Assembly (NCBI GenBank): GCA_044221725.1 | Contig: JBGAON010000002.1 | Location: forward strand, 448,001 to 512,000 | From: Elusimicrobiota bacterium | GTDB lineage: Bacteria; Elusimicrobiota; Elusimicrobia; F11 | Length of the DNA stretch: 64,000 nucleotides | Reading direction: 5' to 3' | In this document: one piece after another, positions 38,648-49,168 of the stretch | Position numbering within the stretch: the first letter of the stretch is position 1 | Layout: every line of letters begins with the position of its first letter | Translations under genes and position numbers: made by a program | Notes under the pieces: model-generated | What the model saw: the letters and a program-made list of their open reading frames with translations, nothing else | The model's database searches: none | Told to the model about the DNA's origin: nothing

Positions 38648-39277
38648 ATGATGCGACGAACGAAATGGCTCACGTTAGTAAGCGCTCATTTAATCGCGTT
38701 GGTAACGTGTGCAAACGCGCTTGATATTCCTTTGACCGGTGGCTCAGACACGGGCACTTCCATAAAGATTGGCTTTGTTGATATGGACAAAATATTCCAA
38801 GTCTATCCGCAGACGCAGTCCGCTAAAGAAGATTATGCGAAGCAGCTTAAAAAGAAACGTGAACAGCTTGCCGCGAAAGAAAGCGAATTGAAGGAAATAG
38901 AAGGAAAAATTTCCGTTTTGGAATCAACAATGAAACAGGGCGCTTCAGCACCCCCGCCGCCAACGGATTCGGCCGATCCGAACACAAAGGCGAACGGCGA
39001 CTCCTTAACGAATGTTTCGCAATCGGTTGACAATATGAAAAGGGATCTTGATACGCGCAAACAGGAGCTCGAAGATCTCCGCAAGCAGGCAAAGGCCGAC
39101 CTTGCCACGTTTGAAAGCCAACAGAGCCAATTGATTCTCGGGAAAATTTATCAGGCGTTGCGGGACGTGGCCGTCGAAGAGCAAGTCACGGTCGTTGTCG
39201 ACAAAGCCAGCATTCTCTACGGTGATGCATCCATTGATCTTACCGACAAGCTTCAGCAACGTGTGCGAGGTTATTGA
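38648..39277 (+). CDS. skp: OmpH/Skp periplasmic chaperone
   Basis: KIGFVDMDKIF, coiled coil, VVDK..ILYG...DLT; between bamA and lpxD. Confidence 0.88.
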   Translation: MMRRTKWLTLVSAHLIALVTCANALDIPLTGGSDTGTSIKIGFVDMDKIFQVYPQTQSAKEDYAKQLKKKREQLAAKESELKEIEGKISVLESTMKQGASAPPPPTDSADPNTKANGDSLTNVSQSVDNMKRDLDTRKQELEDLRKQAKADLATFESQQSQLILGKIYQALRDVAVEEQVTVVVDKASILYGDASIDLTDKLQQRVRGY

Positions 39278-40309
39278 GTGAAATTAACCAGCAAGCAATT
39301 GGCCACGCTCGTTAATGGAAAAATTAGTGGCGATGAAACCATCGTCATTGAGGGCGCGGCCGGACTCAGCGAAGCCAAACCTTCGGACGCGAGCTTTGTT
39401 CGCGACGCAAAGAACGCCGCTGCTCTTAAGGCGCTCAAAAATTCTGCGGCCGGTGTCGTGATTGTCCCCGAAGGTTTTACCGCCAATGGCAAAACGATCA
39501 TCGAAGTAAAAAACCCAATTGGAGCGTTCGCCGTTCTGCTTGAACAAATTTCCTGCGAAAAAAGTGAAAAACACACGCGCGGCGTCCACGCGACAGCCGT
39601 CGTGGATGCAACAGCCAAAATTGGAAAAAATGTTTTGATCGGACCCCATTGCGTGGTGTCGGCCGGCGCCACCATCGGAGAAAACACAACCTTGATGGCG
39701 CAAGTTTATGTCGGAACCCGTTCCAGTATTGGAGCCGACACGTTGGTTTATCCGCAAACCGTGATACGAGAAGATGTGTCTATTGGAAATCGCTGCATTA
39801 TCCATGCGGGAGCTGTGATTGGCTCAGACGGATTCGGTTTCTATTTTGCGAACGGGAAGCACAACAAAATTCCACAGATCGGGAAAGTCATTATCGAAGA
39901 TGAAGTGGAGATCGGATCGTGCACAACCATCGATCGTGCCACGACGGGCAAAACATGGATTCGGACCGGATCCAAGATCGACAATCTCGTTCAGATTGCT
40001 CACAACGTCGAAGTGGGGCCGCTCGCATTGCTTGTTGCTCAAGTTGGAATTGCGGGTTCAAGCAGAATTGGACAGGGAGCGGTGCTGGCCGGACAGGTTG
40101 GCGTGGCCGATCATATTACGATTGGGGCCGGCGCGCAGGTGGGCGCGCAATCCGGTCTACGAGAAGATGTGCCGGCCGGCGCTGTTATGTTCGGAACACC
40201 AGCGCAACCGATTCAGGATACGCTTCGCCAAACTCTTTTAATTCGGAAGCTGCCCGATTTGTTTAAAGACATAAAGACTCTCAAGGAGAACCAAGCAAAA
40301 AATGACTGA
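39278..40309 (+). CDS. lpxD: UDP-3-O-acylglucosamine N-acyltransferase
   Basis: Hexapeptide repeats, [24 protein letters not shown]. Confidence 0.96.
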   Translation: MKLTSKQLATLVNGKISGDETIVIEGAAGLSEAKPSDASFVRDAKNAAALKALKNSAAGVVIVPEGFTANGKTIIEVKNPIGAFAVLLEQISCEKSEKHTRGVHATAVVDATAKIGKNVLIGPHCVVSAGATIGENTTLMAQVYVGTRSSIGADTLVYPQTVIREDVSIGNRCIIHAGAVIGSDGFGFYFANGKHNKIPQIGKVIIEDEVEIGSCTTIDRATTGKTWIRTGSKIDNLVQIAHNVEVGPLALLVAQVGIAGSSRIGQGAVLAGQVGVADHITIGAGAQVGAQSGLREDVPAGAVMFGTPAQPIQDTLRQTLLIRKLPDLFKDIKTLKENQAKND

Positions 40310-41156
40310 CGCTGCTTTTCAGAAGACAATTCAAAAACCAATCACGATCAAGGGCGTTGGTTTGCACACGGGGCGAAAATGCAAAGCCACCTTCCTTCCA
40401 GCGGAACCAAACACCGGCGTCAAATTTGTCCGCACGGATATTTCCGGGAACCCGACATTCGACGTGAAAGTTGAAAATGTCGTGGACGTTGTTCGGGGCA
40501 CAACGCTCGGGATTGGTGAAGCTCGCGTTTATACGATCGAACATATTTTATCAGCGATGAACGGACTTGGCGTCGACAACCTAGTTATCGAGATGGATGA
40601 CAACGAACCCCCGGTTCTGGATGGCAGCGCAAAAGGATTTGTCGACGCGCTTAAGCAGGCTGGAATCGTGGAACAGGGCGTCGCGAGGAACTTCTTCTCC
40701 GTATCGGCACCGATTGAATACAAAGCAAACCAAACCGTGATTCGGATAGAGCCGAGCGATCATTTCGAAATTGAATGCACCGTGGATTACAATCATCCCA
40801 TGATTCGTGATCAACGTTTCACCTACAAAGCGGGCGACAATTACGAGAGGGAAATCGCGCCGGCACGCACGTTTTGCTTTGACTACGAGATTGAGGCGCT
40901 CCGGAAAAACGGCTTGGCAAAGGGAGGATCGTTGGATAACGCCATCGTTGTCGGTCCCGATGGAATTTATAACGCGGATACGGCGTTGCGTTTCCCAAAC
41001 GAATTCGTTCGCCACAAAGTGCTCGATCTTATGGGAGACCTCATGTTGCTCGGAGCTCCCATCCGCGCAAGAATTGTTGCGGAAAAATGTGGTCATGGCC
41101 ACAACATAAAGTTTTTGAGGCAGTTGATTAAAGAAGCACAACCGCTTCGCGCTTAA
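40302..41156 (+). CDS. lpxC: UDP-3-O-acyl-GlcNAc deacetylase
   Basis: [34 protein letters not shown]. Confidence 0.96.
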   Translation: MTDAAFQKTIQKPITIKGVGLHTGRKCKATFLPAEPNTGVKFVRTDISGNPTFDVKVENVVDVVRGTTLGIGEARVYTIEHILSAMNGLGVDNLVIEMDDNEPPVLDGSAKGFVDALKQAGIVEQGVARNFFSVSAPIEYKANQTVIRIEPSDHFEIECTVDYNHPMIRDQRFTYKAGDNYEREIAPARTFCFDYEIEALRKNGLAKGGSLDNAIVVGPDGIYNADTALRFPNEFVRHKVLDLMGDLMLLGAPIRARIVAEKCGHGHNIKFLRQLIKEAQPLRA

Positions 41157-41176
41157 ATAAATTCAAAGGAGATTTT

Positions 41177-41647
41177 ATGGAAACATCAGGAGCCAAACCA
41201 ACGGTTATTCGATCGCTTGACGTGTTGAAGATTATGGAAGCCATTCCACATCGATTTCCCTTTTTGCTTGTGGACCGGGTCGATGTAATTGAAGAAAACA
41301 AGATAGCAATCGGCCGCAAGTGTGTCACGATGAACGAACATTTCTTTCAAGGGCATTTTCCAGGCCATCCGATTATGCCGGGCGTCCTTATTGTTGAAGC
41401 GCTCGCTCAAACAGCGTGCGCACTGATGTTTTCGCAGCCGGAATTCAAAAATAAGCTGGCGTTTTTTATGGGACTTGAGGAAGTAAAATTCCGTCGTCCC
41501 GTCGTTCCGGGGGACGTGCTCGAACTTCACATCGAAATGCTGCGCGCGGGTTCGCGTGCGGGAAAAGCGAAAGGCACCGGAAAAGTTAACGGCGAAGTGA
41601 CCACCGAAGCCACTTTTTCCTTTGCGATCGCGGACCGAGCCCACTAG
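41177..41647 (+). CDS. fabZ: 3-hydroxyacyl-ACP dehydratase
   Basis: [31 protein letters not shown]. Confidence 0.96.
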   Translation: METSGAKPTVIRSLDVLKIMEAIPHRFPFLLVDRVDVIEENKIAIGRKCVTMNEHFFQGHFPGHPIMPGVLIVEALAQTACALMFSQPEFKNKLAFFMGLEEVKFRRPVVPGDVLELHIEMLRAGSRAGKAKGTGKVNGEVTTEATFSFAIADRAH

Positions 41648-41653
41648 TTCTTC

Positions 41654-42472
41654 ATGTCCATCCACGCGTCTGCCATTATCGACTCCAAAGCAAAAATCGG
41701 AAAAGATGTTTCGATTGGAGCATTTGCTGTCATTGGACCCGATGTGGAAATTGGCGATGGGTGCCGCATTTGGTCGCACACGACGTTGGAGCATGTGACG
41801 CTTGGACAGAAGTGCGAAGTTTATCCGCAAGTATCGCTCGGCTTGGCGCCGCAACATTTGAAGTACGCCGGCGAACCAACGCGTCTTGTTGTTGGGGATC
41901 GGACCGTTTTCCGCGAAGGCGTCACTGCGCATCGCGGAACCGCGCTGGACAAAAGTCTCACGAAAATCGGGAGCGATTGTTATTTCATGGCGCTCTCGCA
42001 CATCGCGCACGATTGCGTGATCGGCAACAACGTTATCATGGCAAACGCGGCACAATTGGCGGGCCACGTGACGGTCGGCGATAATGTTTTTATTAGCACG
42101 ATGGTTGGCGTGCATCAGTTTGTGCGCATCGGTAGAGGAGCGATGATTTCGGGCGGAGCCATGGTTCCAATGGACGTGGCGCCTCATTGTGTCGCACAAG
42201 GTGACCGCGCAACGGTTAAGGGTTTGAATATTGTTGGAATGCGCCGAATGAAAATGTCGCGAGACGACATACGACAGGTGAAAAACGCGTACCGCGCGAT
42301 GTTCTTCGATAATCTTTTGTTGGACGAAGCCGTTCGGACACCGGAATTGAATGTGCCGAACGCGCACGTGAAAGCGTTTCGCGAATTTTTTATGGAACCA
42401 AAACGCGGCTTTTTGCGACCCGCGAAAAGCGGCTCGGAATCCGAATCGGAAACGGAGGAAGCGCTTTCGTGA
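41654..42472 (+). CDS. lpxA: Acyl-ACP--UDP-GlcNAc (or GlcNAc3N) acyltransferase
   Basis: Hexapeptide repeats, HIAHDC, LAGHV, VHQF, GLNIVGMRR. Confidence 0.96.
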   Translation: MSIHASAIIDSKAKIGKDVSIGAFAVIGPDVEIGDGCRIWSHTTLEHVTLGQKCEVYPQVSLGLAPQHLKYAGEPTRLVVGDRTVFREGVTAHRGTALDKSLTKIGSDCYFMALSHIAHDCVIGNNVIMANAAQLAGHVTVGDNVFISTMVGVHQFVRIGRGAMISGGAMVPMDVAPHCVAQGDRATVKGLNIVGMRRMKMSRDDIRQVKNAYRAMFFDNLLLDEAVRTPELNVPNAHVKAFREFFMEPKRGFLRPAKSGSESESETEEALS

Positions 42473-43284
42473 AGCCGCTTGGACTTTTGGCAGGCAACGG
42501 CCGTTTTCCGTTTCTTGTTGCGCAAGAGGCCCGCAAGCATGGTCGCCGCGTGGTGGCCGTGGCGTTCAATGGCGAAGCCGACCCGGCGCTTGAACAGGTG
42601 GTCGACAAAATTTATTGGATGTTCGTTGGACAGTTGAACAAATGGGTTGAGACCTTTAAAAAGGAAGACGTTACCGAGGTTGTTATGGCGGGCCTGGTTC
42701 GTCACAGCAATATGTACGCCGACTTAAAAAAATTTCATCCGGATATGCGTGCACTAAAATTGTTCTGGAAATTGCGCGACCGGAAAGCCGATACCATCCT
42801 CGGCGGACTTGCTGAAGAATTGGCGAAATCGGGCCTGACACTGATGCCGTCAGTCGCGCATTTGTCTCACCATTTAGCGACCAAAGGAGCCATGACCAAG
42901 CGAAAGCCAACATCCGATGAGCAAGCCGATATCGAATTTGGGTTTCGTCTCGCGAAGTCAATCGCCGGATTGGATGTTGGTCAGACGGTCTGCGTCAAAA
43001 ATAAGGCAGTGATTGCGGTGGAAGCGATGGAGGGAACCGATCGTTGCATTCGGCGCGCTGGAGAGATTGCGCAAGGGAATTTTGTGGTCGTGAAGGTTTC
43101 AAAACCGAAACAAGACTTGAGGTTCGACGTGCCGGTGATCGGACTCAATACCGTTGAGAATTTTCAAGAAGCGGGCGGAGGAATTCTTGCGATTGAAGCA
43201 GGCAAAACGCTGGTGCTCGACCGAGAAAAACTGATCGATTGGGCCAACAGCGAAAAGATTTGCATCGTGGGGGTGGAATCATGA
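42469..43284 (+). CDS. lpxI: UDP-2,3-diacylglucosamine pyrophosphatase LpxI (DUF1009)
   Basis: GLLAGNGRFP, DVGQTV, AVEAMEGTD, KPKQDLRFDVPVIG. Confidence 0.92.
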   Translation: MKPLGLLAGNGRFPFLVAQEARKHGRRVVAVAFNGEADPALEQVVDKIYWMFVGQLNKWVETFKKEDVTEVVMAGLVRHSNMYADLKKFHPDMRALKLFWKLRDRKADTILGGLAEELAKSGLTLMPSVAHLSHHLATKGAMTKRKPTSDEQADIEFGFRLAKSIAGLDVGQTVCVKNKAVIAVEAMEGTDRCIRRAGEIAQGNFVVVKVSKPKQDLRFDVPVIGLNTVENFQEAGGGILAIEAGKTLVLDREKLIDWANSEKICIVGVES

Positions 43285-44267
43285 CGAAGATTGGTGTCGT
43301 CGGCGTTGGTCACCTCGGTCAACATCATGTGAAGCATTTGGCGAATATTCCCGAATGCCAGCTCATGGGAATTTTCGATATGAACATGGATCACGCGAGC
43401 GACGTTGCCGAGAGGAATCGCACGCGCGTGTATCACTCAATTAACGAAATGGCGAACGAGTGCGAGGCGGTCACGATTGCCGTTCCAACGCCGGCGCATT
43501 TCGAAGTGGCGAGATTTTTCTTATCCAAGGGCATCCATGCGCTCGTTGAGAAACCATTGACGGCCACCGTGAAAGAAGCCGAGCAGCTGATCGATATTTC
43601 TCGGAAGAACGGTTTGGTTCTGCAAGTTGGTCACATTGAACGATTCAATCCCGCGGTGCGGGAAATGGCGAAATACATCAACAAACCAGCGTTTATTGAA
43701 GTGAATCGGCTTGGTCCTTACGATCCCCGAGTATCCCATGTGGGCGTTGTGCTCGATCTGATGATTCACGATCTCGACATTGTGCTATCCCTTATTAATG
43801 AGCCGGTTGTCCGCCTCGATGCGATCGGTGGAAAAGTAATTAGTGATCACGAAGACATCGTGAAGGCAACGCTCTATTTTCAAGGTGGTTGCCGCGTTGA
43901 TTTGTCAGCGAGCCGAGTGACGCTTAAAAAATATCGAAAGATTCGCGTGTTTCAACCGGATTCCTACATCTCGTTGGATTATTCGGAACGATCGCTGAAG
44001 ATTTACAAGAAACGCGGGCCTGTTTTGAAATCATTGCTCGACATCGATGTTATTCGCCCGCGTCTTAAAAAGGAAGATCCGCTCGAGCAAGAGCTCCGTC
44101 ATTTCATTTATTGCGTGAAAACCGGAAAGCGACCGCTCGTTAGCGGCGAGCACGGCCGGGATGCGTTGGAGCTGGCATTCGATATTCTTGAAAACATGGC
44201 GACACACGATGCTCCGCACATGGCCGCCGTCCATCTGCCGCCAAAGAAGGAAGAAGTTTCCAAATGA
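43281..44267 (+). CDS. Gfo/Idh/MocA oxidoreductase, GnnA-like
   Basis: GVGHLG, VEKP, VGHIERFNP, DLMIHDLD; ATGA-coupled to lpxI and lpxB. Confidence 0.88.
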   Translation: MTKIGVVGVGHLGQHHVKHLANIPECQLMGIFDMNMDHASDVAERNRTRVYHSINEMANECEAVTIAVPTPAHFEVARFFLSKGIHALVEKPLTATVKEAEQLIDISRKNGLVLQVGHIERFNPAVREMAKYINKPAFIEVNRLGPYDPRVSHVGVVLDLMIHDLDIVLSLINEPVVRLDAIGGKVISDHEDIVKATLYFQGGCRVDLSASRVTLKKYRKIRVFQPDSYISLDYSERSLKIYKKRGPVLKSLLDIDVIRPRLKKEDPLEQELRHFIYCVKTGKRPLVSGEHGRDALELAFDILENMATHDAPHMAAVHLPPKKEEVSK

Positions 44268-45385
44268 AACGGGTTCTTATCGTAGCCGGAGATCCTTCGG
44301 GGGATTTGGTTGCGTCGCAATTGGTGACGTCTTTAAAAGAACTCCAGCCCGATTTGTTCGTGGTGGGTGTCGGAGGCTCGCGCCTTGAGAAAGTGAGCGA
44401 CCGGTTCCTCGAGAACATCGTCAGGAAACACGCGCTCGGTTTCGCTATCTCGCCGAAAACCATTCTTTATTTTCGCCACGTGCTGAACGAGGTGATCGTT
44501 CCCGAAATTGAACAGAACTCTCCGGATGTGGTCATCCCAGTCGACTTTTACGGATTTAATTCACGCGTTGCCAAAGCGGCGAAGAACCTCGGCACAAAAG
44601 TTTTTTACTACGCGAGCCCGCAATTTTGGGCCAGCCGCTCTTATCGCGCGAATCAACTTCGCCCATTTGTGGATTTGTTTCTGTGTCTATTCCCGTTTGA
44701 GCTTGAGTTCTATAAGAAGAGAAACATTCCGGCGCAATTCGTGGGCCATCCAATTCTGGATGTCCTGCCGCAAATGGATGCCAACCAACCGTTGCGTGTC
44801 GAGTCGGTGATCGGGCTGTTGCCCGGAAGTCGGCCGGGCGAAATAAAGCGCCATCTGCCCGTCATGGTGGATGCGTGCGACAAAATTGCTTCGGCATGCC
44901 CGGGCACCCGGTTTGTGTTGTTCACCGTTCCGAATGTTTCGAGGGAACTGTATCACGATATTCTTGGTGTCGCGAAACCCAGCCGCTGTCTCATCGAATT
45001 GATTCAAGATGAAAACTACAACTGGCGTAGCCAGTTGGATTTGGCGATCACTGCGTCCGGAATGGAAACGCTCGAAAATGCTTTGCTCGGAATTCCGATG
45101 GTCGTGATGTACAAAACCAATTGGGTGACCTATTGCATCGCTCGAGCGATTATTCAAATTCCGTACCTTGCGATGCCCAACTTGCTCGCGGGTCGAAGGA
45201 TTGTGCCCGAATTCATTCAGTGGGATGCGACTGGCGACAACATCGCATTGCCGATCCTTGAGTGGATGAAAGATCCGAAAGCACGACTGGCACTTCGTCG
45301 TGAGTTGCTGAGCTTACGTGAAAAATTTGGTGGAAACGGTGCCAGCGATCGTGCGGCTCGCGCCATTCTCGAAAAGGTGGCTTAA
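44264..45385 (+). CDS. lpxB: Lipid-A-disaccharide synthase
   Basis: AGDPSGD, SPQFWA, FPFE, FVGHP, LLPGSR, PEFIQ. Confidence 0.95.
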   Translation: MKRVLIVAGDPSGDLVASQLVTSLKELQPDLFVVGVGGSRLEKVSDRFLENIVRKHALGFAISPKTILYFRHVLNEVIVPEIEQNSPDVVIPVDFYGFNSRVAKAAKNLGTKVFYYASPQFWASRSYRANQLRPFVDLFLCLFPFELEFYKKRNIPAQFVGHPILDVLPQMDANQPLRVESVIGLLPGSRPGEIKRHLPVMVDACDKIASACPGTRFVLFTVPNVSRELYHDILGVAKPSRCLIELIQDENYNWRSQLDLAITASGMETLENALLGIPMVVMYKTNWVTYCIARAIIQIPYLAMPNLLAGRRIVPEFIQWDATGDNIALPILEWMKDPKARLALRRELLSLREKFGGNGASDRAARAILEKVA

Positions 45386-47100
45386 TGCTTAAACGACTTT
45401 TTCCTTATTTAAAGCCGATGTGGTTCCGTTTTTCGGTGGCGCTTGTTTGCATGTCGGGTGTCGCTGGTTTGTCGACGGGTTTCATGTGGCTTGTGAAATA
45501 TCTTAACGACCACGCCCTCGTCGAACATGACATGGCCGCCCTGCAAACAGGAGTGATTTTGGTTTTGACCGGAATCGGGCTCAAGTCTATCTTCTGGTAC
45601 ACGCACACGTACTTGACCTCGTACGTCAGTCAATCGGCCGCCCGTCAAATTCGAGACGATGTCTATAAGCATTTGTATTCGTTGTCGATGGGATTTTTCA
45701 ATGAAAAGGAATCGGGGGGAATCCTCGCGCGATTAACGAACGATATTACAATCCTCCAGATTGCGCTTGTCACTGCCCCGACGGTTATTTTGCGCGATGG
45801 ACTAACCATTGTGGGTCTTATCGGTTTCTTGTTTTACACAAATCTAAAGTTTTCTCTGATGTGTTTTTCGATCCTGCCGGTAACGGGTTGGTTCCTTACG
45901 AGCCTTGGTAAGAAAAGTCGGCGCGGTGGTCGCGAAGGACAGGCGCGTATGGCCGATATGTACAACATTATCCACGAGGCGTTGGCCGCTATGCCTATTG
46001 TGAAAGTTTTTCAAAACGAAAAGCATGAAATTGAAGAATTTCAGAAAGAGAACCGAAGTTATTTCAACACGATGATGAAGCTCGTGCGCGTGGACGCCCG
46101 CTCGAGCCCGATCATGGAGTTTCTCGGTGCAATCGTGTTGGCGATCATGCTCTGGATGGGGGGGCGCGACGTGATCCGCGGCGTCTGGTCCGTCGGTTCG
46201 TTTATGGCGTTCGTCGGTGCCGCGATGTATCTCTACAACCCGATTAAGAAATTCGCCAGCGTAAACGTGCAGTTGCAACAGGGCTTGGCAGCGGCTGAGC
46301 GCGTGTTCGAACTTCTCGACCAGAAAGGGACCGTGGTTGATGCGCCGAACCCAATTGAAATTCCTTCAATTGAAAAAGCGATCACATTCAAAAATGTGTC
46401 GTTCTCTTATCAAGCGCCGAACGTGGTGCTGAACTCGGTTAATCTTGAAGTAAAGAAAGGGGAGATCATCGCACTTGTCGGGCACTCTGGATCTGGAAAA
46501 ACAACGATGGCGCAATTGCTGCTCCGCTTTTACGATCCAACAAGCGGAGCTATTCTCATCGACGGAATTGACCTGCGCAAAGCGTCGTTGCACAGTCTGC
46601 GAAAACAAATGGCTGTCGTCACCCAGGAGACCCATTTGTTTAATGATACGGTGCTCGCGAATATAGCGTATGGTCGGCCGGATGCTCCCATCGCCGATAT
46701 TGAAGCGGCCGCCAAGGCGGCGTTCGCGCATGACTTTATCATGGCGCTTCCGAACGGATACAACACGATCATCGGTGAACGGGGGGCTCGCATCTCCGGA
46801 GGAGAAAAGCAGCGAATTTCAATTGCGCGCTCGTTGTTGAAAAACCCGGCCATTTTAATTTTGGACGAAGCCACCAGCGCACTCGATACCGCATCCGAGC
46901 AAGCGGTTCAGAAGGCGCTCGATCGGTTGCTGGTGGGCCGCACGGTGTTCATGATCGCGCACCGCCTGTCGACGGTGAGAAAGGCGGATCGTATAATTGT
47001 TCTTGAAAGAGGACACGTCAAAGAAATTGGCAATCACGAGGAACTTATTCGTCAGAAGGGCGCGTACCATCAACTTTACGCTTTGCAGGCGATTGTTTAA
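45385..47100 (+). CDS. msbA: Lipid A/LPS flippase ABC exporter, MsbA-like
   Basis: TM domain plus NBD (GHSGSGKT, ISGGEKQR, DEATSALD); follows lpxB. Confidence 0.88.
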   Translation: MLKRLFPYLKPMWFRFSVALVCMSGVAGLSTGFMWLVKYLNDHALVEHDMAALQTGVILVLTGIGLKSIFWYTHTYLTSYVSQSAARQIRDDVYKHLYSLSMGFFNEKESGGILARLTNDITILQIALVTAPTVILRDGLTIVGLIGFLFYTNLKFSLMCFSILPVTGWFLTSLGKKSRRGGREGQARMADMYNIIHEALAAMPIVKVFQNEKHEIEEFQKENRSYFNTMMKLVRVDARSSPIMEFLGAIVLAIMLWMGGRDVIRGVWSVGSFMAFVGAAMYLYNPIKKFASVNVQLQQGLAAAERVFELLDQKGTVVDAPNPIEIPSIEKAITFKNVSFSYQAPNVVLNSVNLEVKKGEIIALVGHSGSGKTTMAQLLLRFYDPTSGAILIDGIDLRKASLHSLRKQMAVVTQETHLFNDTVLANIAYGRPDAPIADIEAAAKAAFAHDFIMALPNGYNTIIGERGARISGGEKQRISIARSLLKNPAILILDEATSALDTASEQAVQKALDRLLVGRTVFMIAHRLSTVRKADRIIVLERGHVKEIGNHEELIRQKGAYHQLYALQAIV

Positions 47101-47105
47101 CACCG

Positions 47106-47312
47106 ATGAATATTTCGATTCAATTGAACGGGAAACACGAATCTGTCCCGTATGGGATTTCGGTGAAGCATTTGCTTGAGCAGCGCGGAGTGAATCCAAA
47201 CGTGGTGGCCTGCGAACTGAATCTCAAAATTTTAAAACGCGCGACATTGGATAATGTGACGTTAAATGAAGGCGACGCTCTGGAAGTTATCCAAATGATC
47301 GGCGGAGGATAA
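47106..47312 (+). CDS. thiS: Sulfur carrier protein ThiS
   Basis: 68-aa ubiquitin-like protein ending IGGG, upstream of thiG. Confidence 0.92.
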   Translation: MNISIQLNGKHESVPYGISVKHLLEQRGVNPNVVACELNLKILKRATLDNVTLNEGDALEVIQMIGGG

Positions 47313-47316
47313 GAAC

Positions 47317-48120
47317 ATGACAACGGAAACGATGACGGAAAAAGACGTATTAAAATTTGGTCGCTACGAACTCTCGTCGCGACTCATTGTAGGGACCGGC
47401 AAATACAAAAGCCTGGACTTGATGAAAAGTTGTCTCGAAGCATCGGGTGCGAGCATGGTCACCGTCGCTGTGCGACGTGTTAATCTCCAGGATCATTCGG
47501 AAACGTCGTTCTGGACGTACCTTCCAAAACACATGACGATCCTTCCCAACACCGCTGGTTGCTACAATTTGCAAGACACGTTGCGAACCGCGCGATTGGC
47601 TCGGGAATTGTTAAACACCGATTTGATCAAGCTCGAGGTTCTTGGCGATCCACAAACCCTTTTGCCGGACACCGAAGTTTTGCTGCAGGCCACGAAGACA
47701 TTGGTTCAAGAAGGCTTTACGGTGCTGCCGTATACGAATGATGATCCCATCGTCGCGCGAAAACTCGTTGATGCGGGGGCCGCCGCCGTGATGCCGCTCG
47801 GTGCACCGATTGGTTCGGGTCAAGGTATTCTTAATCCGTTAAATATTCAGTTCATTCGAGAAATCGTTAAATCGGTCCCTGTCATCGTCGACGCCGGGGT
47901 CGGCACGGCGTCGGACGCTGCGCTGGCCATGGAGCTTGGCGTGGACGGAATTCTCATGAACACAGCGATTGCCGAAGCGCAGGATCCGCTAAAGATGGCG
48001 GCAGCTATGAAGCTCGCGACGGATGCCGGACGAATGGCTTATCTCGCGGGCCGCATGCCGAAACGCGGGCACGCACAGGCGTCGAGTCCGGTGCAGGGAA
48101 CCATTGGATCCCCGAAATAG
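47317..48120 (+). CDS. thiG: Thiazole synthase
   Basis: [37 protein letters not shown]. Confidence 0.96.
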   Translation: MTTETMTEKDVLKFGRYELSSRLIVGTGKYKSLDLMKSCLEASGASMVTVAVRRVNLQDHSETSFWTYLPKHMTILPNTAGCYNLQDTLRTARLARELLNTDLIKLEVLGDPQTLLPDTEVLLQATKTLVQEGFTVLPYTNDDPIVARKLVDAGAAAVMPLGAPIGSGQGILNPLNIQFIREIVKSVPVIVDAGVGTASDAALAMELGVDGILMNTAIAEAQDPLKMAAAMKLATDAGRMAYLAGRMPKRGHAQASSPVQGTIGSPK

Positions 48121-48121
48121 A

Positions 48122-49168
48122 ATGCGCGGTCGCGTGGCCTCACGCTGGATCACGGCTTCGACAACTTTCCTCCTATTCGTTACATCCCTTCAAGCTAAAG
48201 AAAAAACTCCAATATCCGATACGGCGCTTGATGGCGGTGTTTTAAGTGCCGAAACGCTCGGTCGCGGTAACACGATTGCGTCCAATCGTGCGACGCCAGC
48301 ATCGGGTTCTGAGAATCCGGCAGCGCTCGCGGATTCTCCCGTAAATGCCGTCTACACCTCGGTGCTTGTGGATACCCGCAGCAAGTTAACGCCGAAACAA
48401 GAACAGGCAAACGATCCGTTGCAAGGGCGCGTGTTGCAATATCTTTCTATTCAAGGCGAAAAAGGCGTGATTTATTACGAGCCTTTGTCGCGCCAGAACA
48501 CGACCGAGGTTACGAATGAAGCGTCGCCAACAACGGATTTCCGTGACGTTGAATATTCGGCGGATGCGATCGGATTCGCTGGAGCGGAACGTTTTGGCGC
48601 TGGAAGTATTGGACTTTCTATCGCTTATCTTCATTCCAGCATTGGGGTTGAAGAGCATCGGTCGGGTGCACCGGACAAATTTACGTCGGATACCGCGGAT
48701 GGATTTCGGTTTAATCTTGGCGTCCGTTATCCAACGGGACCTGCGATGTGGGGAATTCTCGTGCAAAACGCGCCGGCGTTTTTATGGGGGAAGGATTACA
48801 GTCGCGAGCTGTTGCCAGTCCGCGTTCGGTTCGGTAACACGGTTCGTCTAGCGCCCGGCTTTTTATTGTCCGCCGATTGGGAACGCCGTTATTATCACGA
48901 AGGGTCCAACAAAGACGACTATTTTTATTTGGGCGATGAGACGGCCATTGGGAAATACGCGGTGTTTCGAATTGGGATGTACGGCACAAATCTCAGCAAT
49001 CCTCGCGAACGTCATACGACCGGTGGACTTTCGTTTATCGCTCGGAGCGGTGCGCAACTTACGTATGGCCTCGATATTTCGAAAGAGTATGATGAAGACG
49101 TAAAGAAATCGTATCTCTCGTTTCAATTTCCTTTTGAATCGGTCGACGATAGCTCGTCGTCGCGATGA
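48122..49168 (+). CDS. Putative outer-membrane beta-barrel, PorV/FadL/UPF0164-like
   Basis: Signal peptide ending SLQA; N-terminal SAETLGRG...ENPAAL resembles the family plug motif; alternating amphipathic strands. Confidence 0.6.
   Translation: MRGRVASRWITASTTFLLFVTSLQAKEKTPISDTALDGGVLSAETLGRGNTIASNRATPASGSENPAALADSPVNAVYTSVLVDTRSKLTPKQEQANDPLQGRVLQYLSIQGEKGVIYYEPLSRQNTTEVTNEASPTTDFRDVEYSADAIGFAGAERFGAGSIGLSIAYLHSSIGVEEHRSGAPDKFTSDTADGFRFNLGVRYPTGPAMWGILVQNAPAFLWGKDYSRELLPVRVRFGNTVRLAPGFLLSADWERRYYHEGSNKDDYFYLGDETAIGKYAVFRIGMYGTNLSNPRERHTTGGLSFIARSGAQLTYGLDISKEYDEDVKKSYLSFQFPFESVDDSSSSR

Noticed and set aside
41186..42367. 393-aa ORF antisense to fabZ-lpxA
   Set aside because: Shadow of well-conserved + strand genes; no recognisable motifs.
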